This document shows positions 22,035-34,393 of a DNA stretch of 64,000 bases, piece by piece. Below the pieces are notes generated by a model. The model searched no databases. It saw only the letters and a program-made list of their open reading frames with translations, and was not told the DNA's origin. The position numbers were made by a program, and so were the translations under genes. Location of the stretch: positions 1-64,000 of IMG/VR virus record IMGVR_UViG_3300025728_000008; one strand, 5' to 3'. The stretch is from a virus. The stretch's first letter is position 1, and each line of letters opens with the position of its first letter.

Positions 22035-22793
22035 CCCTTATCGTCTTGATAATTTATTATATGCATCTACTACTTCATTGAATACTTCTTTATCAGTTTC
22101 AAACATTCTTTGTTCAAGAGCCTTATCTAAACTTCTTGTTGCGTTATGTAATTCAATCTGGTTGACAGTCCGTTCTGCTTCATGAGACATGCTACCTTTA
22201 GCTACTAAATCAATGTACTCTTCTAGCATTTCGTCAAAGAAGATTACTTTTTCATTTGTTTTACCATTAACCATTAATACATATCCACTCTTTTTATGTT
22301 TAACAACTACTCCAATTTTACCTGCGTATTCTTTATGCCCTGCTGTTAGATATGTGCTTCCAGTACGACCTCTATTAGCATACTGATTACCGCCAATCAT
22401 ATCAGTTCTAACGAATACCATTTGACCTAACTCAAAATTTGTGTGTTTGTTTGTCATAAAAATCAGCTCCCTTTAATTTTTATTGTTTTTGTTCTTAAAC
22501 CAATTATATCATTATCTTTTACGCTTGTCAAGAGATTATTTGTTTAATTTATTCATAATTTGTGAGAGTAAATCATCATAAGTTACTGCCATCGCTTTAA
22601 TCTCTTTTAAATCTGCAATCATGTGCTCTGATAATTCTATAGCTGATTCACTGAATGATGTTTTCCCATTAGCTTTCAAGTGAGCAATTCCCATCTCGTA
22701 ACCTGCAATTTTAGCATCAATCGTTACTTCCATTAATTTGTACTGCTCTGTCATAGGCAACACTCCTTTTGTTTGATTAATAATAGTATATCA

Positions 22794-23138
22794 TTATTTT
22801 TTGTACTTGTCAATTAGTTTTTGATTATTTTCAGAAATTCTGTCTATATTTTTCATTATCTCATCAAACTTCAAATCTATATCTAGAAATCCGACTTTCT
22901 CAATTTCATCTAAGATACTTCCATATGTGGGTGTTGGTTCACGATAAATAATTGTAGCATTTTCACGCCCATATGCCATATCTTGATTATCTGTCACAGA
23001 GTATCCATTAAAATATTTAATATCAATAATCGTAATATCGGGGTTTTCTCGAATGAATTGATTTAATTTAGTTATAGCATCTCCATCAGTGTAATCATCA
23101 AAATTTTTAACTACAACACCATGTGCTTTACCTATCAT
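22794..23138 (-). CDS. Cse60-like protein
   Basis: KLNQFIRENPDITIIDIKY resembles the Cse60/DUF2758 pattern. Confidence 0.4.
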   Translation of the reverse strand: MIGKAHGVVVKNFDDYTDGDAITKLNQFIRENPDITIIDIKYFNGYSVTDNQDMAYGRENATIIYREPTPTYGSILDEIEKVGFLDIDLKFDEIMKNIDRISENNQKLIDKYKK

Positions 23139-24751
23139 GACTTCCCTCCTAAACGGTCAACCATTTCTGGATACTTCTTCATTAAACGTCTAAGTTCATT
23201 TTTTTCATGGTCTTGTTCTAGCTTCTTATAATAAGCACTTCTTTCTGCTTCTTCTTTTTCTTTTTCTGCTATTCTTTTGTTTAAGTCTTGAATTTTTGCA
23301 TCATCATAGAAATACTCAATTGGAATTTTTATAGTGTCATCACAAGCATCTCTAATTGTAATGTGACTATCATCTACACTCCACAAATAGTCTCCAGAAA
23401 TAAAATCATATTTGTGTTTATAGAGTTTGTTTAATTTTCTTGAAATATCTTCTGCTAATTCCATAAAGTCTTCAAAATTATCAATTAACCATTGTATTTC
23501 TTCTCTTGTAAACTGTTTTCTCATATAATCACAACCCCTTATTTATAATTGTCATTCTATCAGCTAAAAACTTTAATTGCACATCAATTGCACCGTCAAG
23601 AAAATCAACACAATCTCTTCTCCATCCTTGCCGTTTCTTTCTAACTTGATAGCTTAAATACTTCTCTACAAATTTATAATTATCCTTTTGCATCTTGTCA
23701 GAGAAATCAATTGTTTGTTTATAGATTCCTAGTAAGTGGCTAATCATATCCATTCAATCACCCTCCTATGCTTTTGAATCATAGAATAATGACCCATAAG
23801 AATATCGTTTAACGTTGTTTGGGTCTTCAAAATATTCTTTTGGATTTTCAAACTCTTCAATACGTTTACGACTTCTCATATAGATAGTTGCGTTCCTCGT
23901 GAATAATTTAGATTTAAGCATATAATTCCATCCTCGCCCTAACTCAAATCTAACTATAGGAATCCAATAACCTTCTTCACTCTTAATTACTAATGATGTT
24001 CCATTTTTAGATAATCGTCCAAAGTATGCACGACCTTCATAAAATGTTGCTTTACGCCTAAACATATCTTCATTTGCTGTAAATACATATGCTTCAATCA
24101 TTATCTCAACCCCTTAACTGTTCCAATTTTAACTGTCTTTTCAACTTTGACAACTCCTACTGGAAGTGAAGATACCCAATAATCAAACTTTCCTGTATTG
24201 TTTTTCATATGGTTACCTTCTGCTACAGCAATATCATATGTATCATACATATCAGCATCATCTACTGATTCAGTAGTAAATACATCAATTTCTCTATCAC
24301 CAGTTTGTACTGTATGTATATAATTACCATTTTCCGCAACAATAGCATATCCTTCAATTAAGATAACATCGCTCATTAAACCACCTCACAAGTACTTATT
24401 TTAGTTAATTCATAACCTATTAACATTGGATGTGCTTCGAAATATGCAATTAATGTTTCATCATTCTCAAAGTATAACATTCTCCCTTGGTCTGGAGATA
24501 TATCTCCTGCTGTATGTAAAGGTACTAATCTATAAAACCCTTCTCCTTCTATAATTTGCATAATATCATCCTCCTTAGTAATAAGTATATCATTATGTTT
24601 AGTGTTTGTCAACGGTTTTTTATGAGTTTAATATTTCTCGTATCTCTCCTGCACAAACTGATTCATCATCCCACATACCACTAATCAATTCTTCAATCTT
24701 TTTCAATTTTTCTTCTGCTGTCATATTATCATCCTCCATAAAAGGGAAATT

Positions 24752-24910
24752 TTATACATCATAAAAAGTTATGTTTGCAACATTCAATCCTAATTCAGCT
24801 ATCTTATGTGCATTAATCATATCTTCTAATGTATATTTGTGGCGTAAATTAGGATTCTTATCTCCATCGCAAATATTTATTATTGTCATAACAAATGTCA
24901 ATGTTGTCAC
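24752..24910 (-). CDS. 52 aa cassette-like ORF not in the ORF track
   Basis: GTG start after GGTGGTG SD; TAA inside site 24738-24755. Confidence 0.55.
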   Translation of the reverse strand: MTTLTFVMTIINICDGDKNPNLRHKYTLEDMINAHKIAELGLNVANITFYDV

Positions 24911-24945
24911 TCTATCACCACCACCTTTATAAAAGTAAGATTTTA

Positions 24946-25110
24946 TTAGATTTCTTCAACTTGTGTTACTTCTACTTCCCCACTATCAATTTCATATTCT
25001 CCTTCAAAATCTCCATTCTCAACCATTTTCTCTGCATCATCTGGAGACTCGGCTTTCACTGTGACTTCCTTATAAATTACCTCTTTATAACTTACTGTAA
25101 ATTTTCTCAT
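24946..25110 (-). CDS. 54 aa cassette-like ORF not in the ORF track
   Basis: MRKFTVSYKEVIYKEVTVKAESPDDAE...; SD GAAGGAGG; stop at site 24929-24946. Confidence 0.65.
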   Translation of the reverse strand: MRKFTVSYKEVIYKEVTVKAESPDDAEKMVENGDFEGEYEIDSGEVEVTQVEEI

Positions 25111-26237
25111 TTATATTCCTCCTTCATAAATTAAGATTTTATTCTATCACGTTATCTTTCCACCATTTAGAATCTTTAAATTCTGGTTTAATAATCTGAA
25201 TGACTTCATTCCTATTTTTATCCGTATCAGCAAAGTCATTAAATCTAAGGACAAACTTCATACGGTCTTTCATTTCATCACAACATTTATTTTCTGCACC
25301 AATTCCGCATTTACATTGGTCTTTGTGGATAAATCCTTGACCACCTTCTTTAGCATAACAGAAAGTATAATCTTCAATGTTCGGCAATTTATCTCGAAAA
25401 CTCATAATATCACTCCTTAATCTATATCTAATTCTTTCAGAGGTAATTCTCCTACATATCTTATCGTAGAATACACACTATCACCATTTGCAATTTTCTT
25501 CAACAAGCTATCATTAGGCATTGGTATAACAACTAAATCTTCCGCACCTTTTAAATTACCTCTTCTAAGTCCTGCATTTATGATTGATTGTGCTCGACCT
25601 TCTGTTGTATAAATCTTGTCAAAGACAACTTTTCCTGTATTTTTATCAACAACTAAAAATCCACTCATAATCGTTTCATCCTCATTTCTATTGGAAAATC
25701 ACATGGACGAATACCTTTCAGTTCATTGTGAATATTCCATTTTTTCTTATGTCCATCCCAAATCATTACATCATATCCTAATTCATCTAATGTTCGTTTA
25801 TCATCTGTTGTAGAGTAAGGGTCACAACTCCATTTTTCAAGTGATAAATCCTCTGGTATTTGCACTCTAAGAGCGCTATAACCATGATATGATGGTTTGA
25901 TATTATTCGCACCAATCAAGCGAAAATCACCTATCTGGTCACTCCCTAATGCTACTCCATTTGTAATGTATCGGTATTTTTTACGTGGCATATAATCACC
26001 ATCCTCTTTTTCTATCAGAATAATCTAATGACCATAACATAAATGTTAACATGAAGAATATTCCTAAAAACATTAGTATTATTCCCCATCCTAAACCAAT
26101 ACTTCCTGTTGTAACAATGTCAGCGAAACCTAAAGGTAGAAATAATAAGAATGTAGACATAAGCAACATTCCCATAACCTTCAAAGATTGGACTATGTAT
26201 TTCATAGTCTCACCTCCTTCATGTTTGTAAAATAATG

Positions 26238-26492
26238 TTAGTTAAAGAATTTTTTACGATTATATTTGATGCTGTAACGTGCTAAGTACTCATCTGGAAT
26301 AAAATTGTATTTAATGTTGTCTAACAACCATTTTACAGCTTCATCTTCATCTTCAAACTTCATGATATTATCATCTTCATCTTTCATCAATCTGTCTACA
26401 GAATAATCGTTTAGACTTGAAACAGCGTATAGTTTACTTTCTCCATACGGATGAAAAATCATGTAGTACTTCTCCATAAACACCAACTCCAT
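26238..26492 (-). CDS. hypothetical protein (paralog of 531..779)
   Basis: shared KF-EDEA-WL-NIK motif. Confidence 0.65.
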   Translation of the reverse strand: MELVFMEKYYMIFHPYGESKLYAVSSLNDYSVDRLMKDEDDNIMKFEDEDEAVKWLLDNIKYNFIPDEYLARYSIKYNRKKFFN

Positions 26493-27473
26493 TATCAGTC
26501 TAACATACTACTCTCCTTATGTTTTATTTTGTTTTGAGTGTGATGTTATTCTTATTTTGAATTTTCCTTCTGGTACAAGGAATATGCTGTCATCATTATT
26601 TTTATTTACTGTATTGTCAAATGTGTTGTTGTAGTAGTATGTATCTTGATTTAAGGACTTGACTTCTCCACCTGTTGTTTCAAACCCTATGATAACAGAC
26701 TTTTTACGTTTACTAAGATACCATACAGCTAAACTACTTAACATACAATCACTCCCCTTTGATTTCTTTTGCAAATCCTTTTAAAAACTCTTCAACATGA
26801 CTTTTAGCTGTGCGACCATCATGTGTTCTACGTTTAAGCCATAAGTACCAACCTGCTAACTCATCGTATCGTTTAGCTTTTTCTTCTTGTGTTAATTCTG
26901 GTAATTTTTCTTCATGTAATTGTTCCATTTAACATCATCCTTTTCTATTTAAGTAAGAAAGTAGTCACTACTCCGTAAGTGATAAAGGTTAATAATGCCA
27001 TTGCCCATATAAGGACTACTGCCATTGCAACTCCTATAAGTTTATCAAGGAATTTTGTCACATCATCACCTCCTTAATCTTCATAAGATGGTTCATCTTC
27101 GAACCAGTTTTCACCACACATAACTTCCCCTGCGGTAACATTTCTCATGCTTTCTTTCCAAAGACCTAACATTTCAGTATCTTCATTTAAAACAAATTCT
27201 AGTGCATTTATTTGTGCATCCAGTTTTCTAAGCCATTCTATCATTTCTCCATAAAGATTCTTTTCGTATTTATCAAGGTCACTGTATGTGCGACCAAGAA
27301 CAAGTTCACGTTGTTTCTCGATTGTTTTCATTTTGATATCTCTAAGGAAATTACGTTTTGCTTTAATATTTTTTACACTTCTCATACACATCATCCTTTT
27401 CTATTTGATAAGAATATTATACCATGAACTGTTTTCTCTTGTCAAGAGAAAATTTTTATTTAATTAGAGAGGG

Positions 27474-27490
27474 CTAACGTTCACCCTCTC
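27474..27490 (-). terminator. hairpin terminator after nadR (stem starts about 27467)
   Basis: gagaggg...ccctctc stem. Confidence 0.45.
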
Positions 27491-27541
27491 ATTTATATCA
27501 ATTTCCCATCCCTTAATACATAGTATATCATTATCTTTAAT

Positions 27542-28579
27542 TTATGTCAACAGGTTATCAATATTTTTTATAGATTCTTGTAATCTTTGTTGGTAATTGC
27601 CTTTAATCGTTATGTATTCAACACCCATATACCTTAACATATACTTTAATTCTTTGTTATTTTCTTCTCGTACAGATTGCTCACCAAATGTCCTAGTACC
27701 ATCATCAACCCATTTTACATCTGGCTCTAAGAAAATCCACAAGTCATACTGTTGATTGTTTGCAATACGTGTTATAAGAGCATCTTTTTGCCCTAAATAC
27801 ATTTTTAAATAGTATTGTGTTACGATAGCTTCTGTATCTACAATAAGCACCTTATTTGCCCCTTTAAGAGCTTCATATTCTAATACTTTTTGTTTGTAAG
27901 CAATGTGAGGATAATCTTCTGCTAATGTGACACCTTCACATCCACCTAATTCTTCATAAAATGTTCGACCATATTCTTCAACATAATTAGTATTGTACAA
28001 GGTTGCTAAATTTTGCACAAGTGTAGATTTTCCACATGATTCTGTCCCGATAATTACAACTTTTTTAACATAATGTCGTCTTACTGGTTCTGGTAATAAA
28101 TCCCAATATTTATAAACACCTTCTGTACGTAATTTTGTTGCGGAAATTGGATATTTCTTTCTGTCTTCATCAATAATTACATGTTCTGCTTCTGGATATA
28201 ATTTATTGAAAAATTCTGTATAAGCACTTTCAGATGAGAATACATGTGTAATAGGTTTTCCAATCGCTTTCTTGATTCCTTCTGCTCCTTTTTGCCAACT
28301 TTCAAATTGACCATTATTAGTTTCATAGACAGCGTGTATATGTACATGTGGTAGATGGTTTGTAATTTCTGTCCACCATCGGACACGTTGTGTGTAACTA
28401 GCATGTTCTAATTTTGAATCTTTGAATAATACATTCTTCTCATAATCCTCATCATATGAAACAATTACGTGAAGTTCATCTACCATTGTAGAAGCCATTG
28501 TCATGCAAAACACATGACCCATATGAGGTATTGCAAATTTTCCACCGTACATTCCTACTGTTTTCGTCATAAGCATCAT
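27542..28579 (-). CDS. nadR: NadR-like bifunctional NMN adenylyltransferase / nicotinamide riboside kinase (no HTH; likely start 28570)
   Basis: GGKF..PHMGH (HxGH), ISATKLR, GTESCGKST, VEEYGR and WVDDGTR. Confidence 0.9.
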   Translation of the reverse strand: MMLMTKTVGMYGGKFAIPHMGHVFCMTMASTMVDELHVIVSYDEDYEKNVLFKDSKLEHASYTQRVRWWTEITNHLPHVHIHAVYETNNGQFESWQKGAEGIKKAIGKPITHVFSSESAYTEFFNKLYPEAEHVIIDEDRKKYPISATKLRTEGVYKYWDLLPEPVRRHYVKKVVIIGTESCGKSTLVQNLATLYNTNYVEEYGRTFYEELGGCEGVTLAEDYPHIAYKQKVLEYEALKGANKVLIVDTEAIVTQYYLKMYLGQKDALITRIANNQQYDLWIFLEPDVKWVDDGTRTFGEQSVREENNKELKYMLRYMGVEYITIKGNYQQRLQESIKNIDNLLT

Positions 28580-28836
28580 CCTTATCTATGTTTATTATCC
28601 AAATATTTGTGGAATTACTACACCAAGTCCTTTACCTACTAAGAATCCTATACAAGCCCAGAAAGATAATCTAATGATAAATTTAAATGCTTCCATTTAC
28701 ATCACCTCATCCAAATATTTTAATTGCAAAATGTGTTATAGCAGTACCAATAAGACTTCCTAATGTGAATCCTGCTAGATACATTAGGATTAGCTCAAAC
28801 TTACTCATTTTTATAATGTATTTACGTTCAAACATA

Positions 28837-29517
28837 TTACATCACCTCATTCTGTTTAGCATTTTTAGACCACTTAATGTATCCGTATGTAGAGTTCACA
28901 AGGTACATGCACCACATTACTAAGATTGTAATACTGTTTCCATCTGCCATAAAAGCATTAAACCATAGAATGATAGTTAGAATGTTAACCACAATCCATA
29001 ATAGCCATTGTTCTGCATATCGTTTAAGCATTAACAGTTGAGCTGTGATACTTAATACTACTGCAAATCCATCTAATCCTGCTTGTTGACTACCAATTGC
29101 ATTTAAGAATAATCCGTACAATACTCCAACACCTGCAACAGTTGCTACTAAATACATCCAACCTTTTTTAGACAATTTCTTAGCTTTTACAACACTGTCT
29201 GTTACTGATTTGTTCTTGTTCCATAAGTAGAAGCCGATAAACTGAATAGGGAAGTAATAGAAAGCGTTAAGCATAAATTCACCATATAATTGTGATTTGT
29301 AAGAGATGTAAGCATATAACGCTGTGTTAATTACTCCAAAAATGTAGTTTGATACTTTACCTTTTGCCACCAGTAGCACACACCACATACCTGTCAGAGA
29401 AGCTGTAAGGCTCAATACTGTATCGTCAAAGGCAACAAACATGTACACGCTCAATACTGTAAATAATGTTAGCATTGCTAATTCAAATCCTGTCCAACCT
29501 TTTAATAATGTTTTCAT
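28837..29517 (-). CDS. pnuC: PnuC nicotinamide riboside transporter
   Basis: multi-pass membrane protein with LVAKGKVSNYIFG, QLYGE, AQLLM..RYAEQWLLWIVVNI and YGYIKW. Confidence 0.9.
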   Translation of the reverse strand: MKTLLKGWTGFELAMLTLFTVLSVYMFVAFDDTVLSLTASLTGMWCVLLVAKGKVSNYIFGVINTALYAYISYKSQLYGEFMLNAFYYFPIQFIGFYLWNKNKSVTDSVVKAKKLSKKGWMYLVATVAGVGVLYGLFLNAIGSQQAGLDGFAVVLSITAQLLMLKRYAEQWLLWIVVNILTIILWFNAFMADGNSITILVMWCMYLVNSTYGYIKWSKNAKQNEVM

Positions 29518-30048
29518 AGAATCGACCCCTTTATGTTTTGTTTTAGTCACGTTTGAAAAGAATTTCTAAAATAAAGAAGAAAAGCTCACCTATTAGTTCG
29601 AAAAGAAAGAATCCATCACTTTTATGTTTCTTTTTCTTTCTAAACATCATAATCACCCCGTTTAAGTTTTTGTTTGACTTTTCTACGATGATTCTTTTTC
29701 TTTTTGTTTTCATCTGCTCGTGTTGGCGGTACGGAAGCCCCTCTATTTTGCGTAAGGACTCCAATACGTTTCTTCTTATTTCTTTTTCTTTTGTTTTTCA
29801 ATTTTCTCCAACGCCTTTCTTGCTCTGAATTGTCTAAAGTTAAGACCTCTTTCCACAAATTGTTCAAAAGTGAATACTAATTCATCATCAAAAGCTTCAA
29901 CCTCATCCACATACTTCTTATATTCTTGTGCAAAGTGCTCCATCAATTCATCAGTTAATTTTTCTCTCATTTCTCCACGCTCCCTAGTATATCATTATTT
30001 TTTATGTAAGTCAAATGTTTCTGTTATATTTTTCATCGAATTTAAGGT

Positions 30049-30138
30049 GGTAGTCCATATCGCCTAATACTATATTAATTATATATTTATTTATATTTAT
30101 TTTATATAATATTTAGTTGTTAGGCGATATGAGCAACC
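30049..30138. repeat. 19 bp imperfect inverted repeat around an AT-rich core
   Basis: catatcgcctaa (30056-30067) and ttaggcgatatg (30120-30131) form a perfect 12 bp core. Confidence 0.75.
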
Positions 30139-30511
30139 TGCTAAATTTTGATTGCTTTCAATTCAAATACATTACCATTAAATTCAAGTACTGGTGTAAT
30201 CTTTGCAGTGAATAATACTTCATTTTCGTTCCCGAATTTTACATAGCTTCCAGATGAATAATATACTGCATAATGTTCTGACCAATCCATTTCAAATCCA
30301 TCTGGACATGCATCATATACAGCACCTTCTATTTCTGAATCACACAATTCAACTACGTCAATGAAGTCAACTATCTCATTTTCTGTGATAACATGACCAT
30401 TGAATGTTCTACAGAAAGTTAATAATGTTTTTATCATTGGAATCATCATTTGCACCACTCCTTTGCTTTGTTAACTCTAGTATAGCATGTATTTCTTCGC
30501 TTGTCAAGAGA

Positions 30512-30889
30512 TTATTTTTCGTATTTTGCCTTTAATTTCGCTAATAATGCACGTTCTTTCTTTTCTTCCCAATTTTTATGACGTTCTTCTGCTTTCTTTT
30601 GTTGTTCATCTTTTGAAAGCTTCATTTCATCGAATATATCATTAACTGGCACACTATAACAGTCATCTGGATTAAAAATAACTTCAATCACAACTGCATC
30701 ATGATATGGGTAACTTTTATGCTCTTTACCCATCCACAAATAAGAATTTAAATGAGACCGTACATGACCTAAATTACCCCATGATTTACCATTTTTAGTC
30801 CATATTTTATCCCCACCATCAGAACCACCCTTTGAAAATTTACCTGTATTTTTATTCATGATTTTGTATATTTTATTCATAAAAACCAC
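30512..30889 (-). CDS. conserved-looking phage hypothetical protein
   Basis: YKI..K.TGKFSKGG...WTKNGKSW...H pattern. Confidence 0.65.
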   Translation of the reverse strand: MVFMNKIYKIMNKNTGKFSKGGSDGGDKIWTKNGKSWGNLGHVRSHLNSYLWMGKEHKSYPYHDAVVIEVIFNPDDCYSVPVNDIFDEMKLSKDEQQKKAEERHKNWEEKKERALLAKLKAKYEK

Positions 30890-32696
30890 CCCTTTTTATG
30901 TAATTATCGCTTCTTTAACAATCTGTATGAATGACCTTCTTTTTCAACATATTTAATTGCTTTTTGTAATTCTTTTTCATCTGTAAATACTTTTGCATAT
31001 TTAATATCATTAGTATACATAATTTGATATTTATTATTAATCGGATGTTTATATCTTTTTAAGAAAAATGACCCATCCCATGTAATTTGAATCACCTCAT
31101 TTAATCCACTATCCATTTCAACTTCTGTTTGCATGAATTTATAGTATTCACTGCTGTATCGCTCATAATCCTTTAAGAGACTGTTTATTACGTGTTGTGG
31201 ACTTCCTGCACTCATTCCTAATGCAATTGCCTTAGAAGTGCGATTCATCCCTTCCTCAAGCATATTAGCCTTATTTATAATTTCCGCTACATTCATATTG
31301 TCACTCTCCTAAATTTGAATTTCTAATTATTTCCATTCTACGATGATAGTCATCATTACTGTCACGATTATTATTTGGTTTTGGTTTAATTCTTGTAGGA
31401 CTACTTTTTCTTGTACTGCAAGAATGATTATTATCTTTTATTTCAATTTTAATTTTAGGCTTATAACCTTGTTCTTTCAAATACTGATTTGTTTCAGCTC
31501 TCACTTGCTTTAGTCTCTCTTTATCTTGGACTTCCTTCTTTTCTTCTTGCTTGCGAGTATGCACACCAAACGCTATTGAAGCCATGCATAGTATAAATAT
31601 TGAAGTCAAACCCAATAATCCTTCAATCATTGAATTTGTCATATTATCGTTCCTTCCAGTCTTCATGTAAATAGAATACATGAGTAGGTATTCCTGTTCC
31701 ATGCTGTCTATCATGGTGTCTAGTGTATCTGACACCATTTCTTTCTAGAAATTCTTCCATCTCATCATGCATATTGTCTTCATCAAACAAGATACAACAA
31801 CCATTTTGGAATAAATACTTTAATTCTTCTGCAAATTCAGTGAAATGACCTTTTTTAAGAGACATTTAATCACGCTCCTTTAATCGAATTAATTGTTCCA
31901 GTAATTCAATACGGGCTTCTTTCTTTGCTAATGCTTTACCATAACCCACATCATCAAATTCTTCCCATCCATCATAATCTCTTACATCAACTTCATGTTT
32001 TTTCTCCCATGCAAGATGCTCTTTTAAAGTGTTAATAGAGATACGATTCTTCAATTTCTTTTTTAATACCCTAACCATATCCGACTTTGCTATGTGGTCT
32101 TTCCATATTTTCATTACTGTGTCTGGATATCTCATAGCACCATCTCCTTAATAATAGTTTACTATATTTTGTTTCTTTTGTCAAGCGAATCATTAATTTG
32201 TTTTTATTTTATTTCTGTGAAGTAATTACAAGACATCAAAGCAAATTTATGACCATTTTTTATATAATATCCTTGTGGTTCGTTACTGTTGCCAAATAAT
32301 CTTACCCATAAAGAATCATCAAATGTCAATGGAATGTCTCTTGGTCTATCAAGCTTCACAAGATACAGAGTATTGCTATACCTTGACAATGTTACCCCAT
32401 GTAATTCAATTGGTTTATCAGTATCAAGATAAGTTTTAACATAACGCAATGAATCTTCACTTATATTTTCTGTATCAATCTTTACATATTGTTGTTTCAT
32501 TCGGATTCCTCCTTTGTCCACCAGTCTGTAATAAATTCTTTCACTTTAATATTGATATACATATCATTAAGAGGATAATAGACTTTCACATATTCGTCAT
32601 TGTATTTACCTTGAAACACCACAATGTCATCATCAGCATTTGTATATTCTTGACCGACAATAAATTCAAAAGTATAAGTTACTTTCTCCATATTAT

Positions 32697-32750
32697 CATC
32701 TCCCTTTGTTTTGTTACTCTTAGTATACACTATAATAATTCTCCCGTCAA
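32697..32750 (-). promoter_or_regulatory. sigmaA promoter/leader/SD module, 38 bp identical to 45215-45252
   Basis: catctccctttgttttgttactcttagtatacactata occurs at both loci. Confidence 0.8.
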
Positions 32751-33501
32751 GCGAAATTTTAATAATCTTCATCTTCTTCATAATCTTTTTTGTATTCAAC
32801 CACTTCACGGATTGCAAGTGGAATGTCATAGTAGTTCATCCATTTAAGAGCATTGTGAAATTCTTCTTCTGTATCATATGTTCTTGTTTCAACATACTCT
32901 TTCACACCGTGGTCATTACCTACTCGCACCTTAATTTCCCAATACTTTGATTCAACAATTAATTTTATCATAAAATCCCTCCTATTTATCTTCTGGGTCA
33001 TATTCTAATTCAATTTTAACTTTGACACCATCACCTAAATACTTTCCACCTGCTTCTGCAACGCTCCAGAATGCATCATATAGCTCCACAATCAAATTTT
33101 CAAGGTGTTTCTCTGTTGATTTAATTGGCGTAAACTGACCATCGTGAGACATCTCTGAAAGCATCTTATTATACTTATCACAACTTTTCTGGTCTTGCAT
33201 CGGAATATTGAAATTTAAAGTCTTTTTCCATTCCATATTAATTCCACCCTCCAGATTGTTTTTTCTTCATATCTAACAATTCTGAATCATAATTGATTAC
33301 ATATGTAAGTGCATCAATCTGTATATTCAATGTATTAATCAGATTCATTACACGAGAATAGTCTTTTTTCTCTTCATCAGACAGTTTAGACCAGTCTGCA
33401 ATACCGAAACCATTTTTTATTCCTCTTGCATCTTCTAATTGACCTTTTAATTCTTCACGCTTTTTTAATACTGTTTCTAATGATTTCATAGACATCTCTC
33501 C

Positions 33502-33783
33502 TTATTGTTTATCATAATTTTTTACTTCAAGATATGTAGTGTAAAAGTCATTTGTTTGATATTCTACCTTATATATTGCACCTTTTTCTAGTGGTTTTGG
33601 TTCATCATCCCAATACAGACTAACAACATTACCATTTTTATCTTCAAATATAGCTACTTGTTTTTCATATTTAGCTTTAACAACTGTATTTCCCACAAAC
33701 TTCAATTCTTTTTGTTCGAACGTTTGCCCACCGCCACACCCAACCAAGAGGACTAGAAACAATACTGTAATAAGTTTTTTCAT
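33502..33783 (-). CDS. lipoprotein
   Basis: lipobox LVGC. Confidence 0.7.
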   Translation of the reverse strand: MKKLITVLFLVLLVGCGGGQTFEQKELKFVGNTVVKAKYEKQVAIFEDKNGNVVSLYWDDEPKPLEKGAIYKVEYQTNDFYTTYLEVKNYDKQ

Positions 33784-33814
33784 TATACCACTCCTTTATA
33801 AAATTGAGTTTTTA

Positions 33815-33973
33815 TTAAAATAATCCACCATTACTACCTTGACCTCCATCATCCTTACCTGTACCACTGTCATCTCCACCTTTGGAGAAACATAACCAAG
33901 TTAGGATGATGAGAAATATTCCAAGTATTGTATAAATGATACCTCCTAATATTAAACCCCATATTGGATACAT
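33815..33973 (-). CDS. 52 aa membrane peptide, cassette-like, not in the ORF track
   Basis: MYPIWGLILGGIIYTILGIFLIILTWLCF plus Gly/Asp tail; SD GAGGTG. Confidence 0.6.
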   Translation of the reverse strand: MYPIWGLILGGIIYTILGIFLIILTWLCFSKGGDDSGTGKDDGGQGSNGGLF

Positions 33974-33998
33974 AATATCACCTCATAAAAGTAAACTT

Positions 33999-34157
33999 TT
34001 ATTCACCAAATTCTTTTCTATTAACATATAGAATATTATCACAAAGTTCATCAAAACATTTAATGCTACAAATACTTCCATACGCACTTCCAACAATATC
34101 CTCATCTTTTTCAGCAACTATTGTTCTTTCACATACAGTACAAGTTCCTTTTACCAT
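33999..34157 (-). CDS. 52 aa Cys-rich (Zn-binding) cassette-like ORF, not in the ORF track
   Basis: MVKGTCTVCER...ICSIKCF; SD AAGGAGG. Confidence 0.6.
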   Translation of the reverse strand: MVKGTCTVCERTIVAEKDEDIVGSAYGSICSIKCFDELCDNILYVNRKEFGE

Positions 34158-34189
34158 ATAAATTCCTCCTTGTTAAAAGTAAAATTTTA

Positions 34190-34393
34190 TCAATCTTCAT
34201 AGATAGAAACAACTACCTTTACCCTTTTCCCATTGTATTCTTCTAACAAATCCCCTAAATCTGCACCGTCATCTCCTATTATTTCGTGCCAGATATATCC
34301 ATAATGTTCATTGTCTCTGACAGTACCAACCATGACAACTTGTTCTGTTCCAGATGAATCCTTACCTATATGATAGCTCTTTTTATTTTTCAT
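34190..34393 (-). CDS. small hypothetical protein, cassette-like
   Basis: flanked by sites 34173 and 34410. Confidence 0.7.
   Translation of the reverse strand: MKNKKSYHIGKDSSGTEQVVMVGTVRDNEHYGYIWHEIIGDDGADLGDLLEEYNGKRVKVVVSIYED

Larger units (their letters stand above)
24738..25142. repeat. array of 3 palindromic sites (24738-24755, 24929-24946, 25126-25142)
   Basis: spacers GGGAAA and GTAAGA, plus an N5 variant; period about 190-197 bp. Confidence 0.8.
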
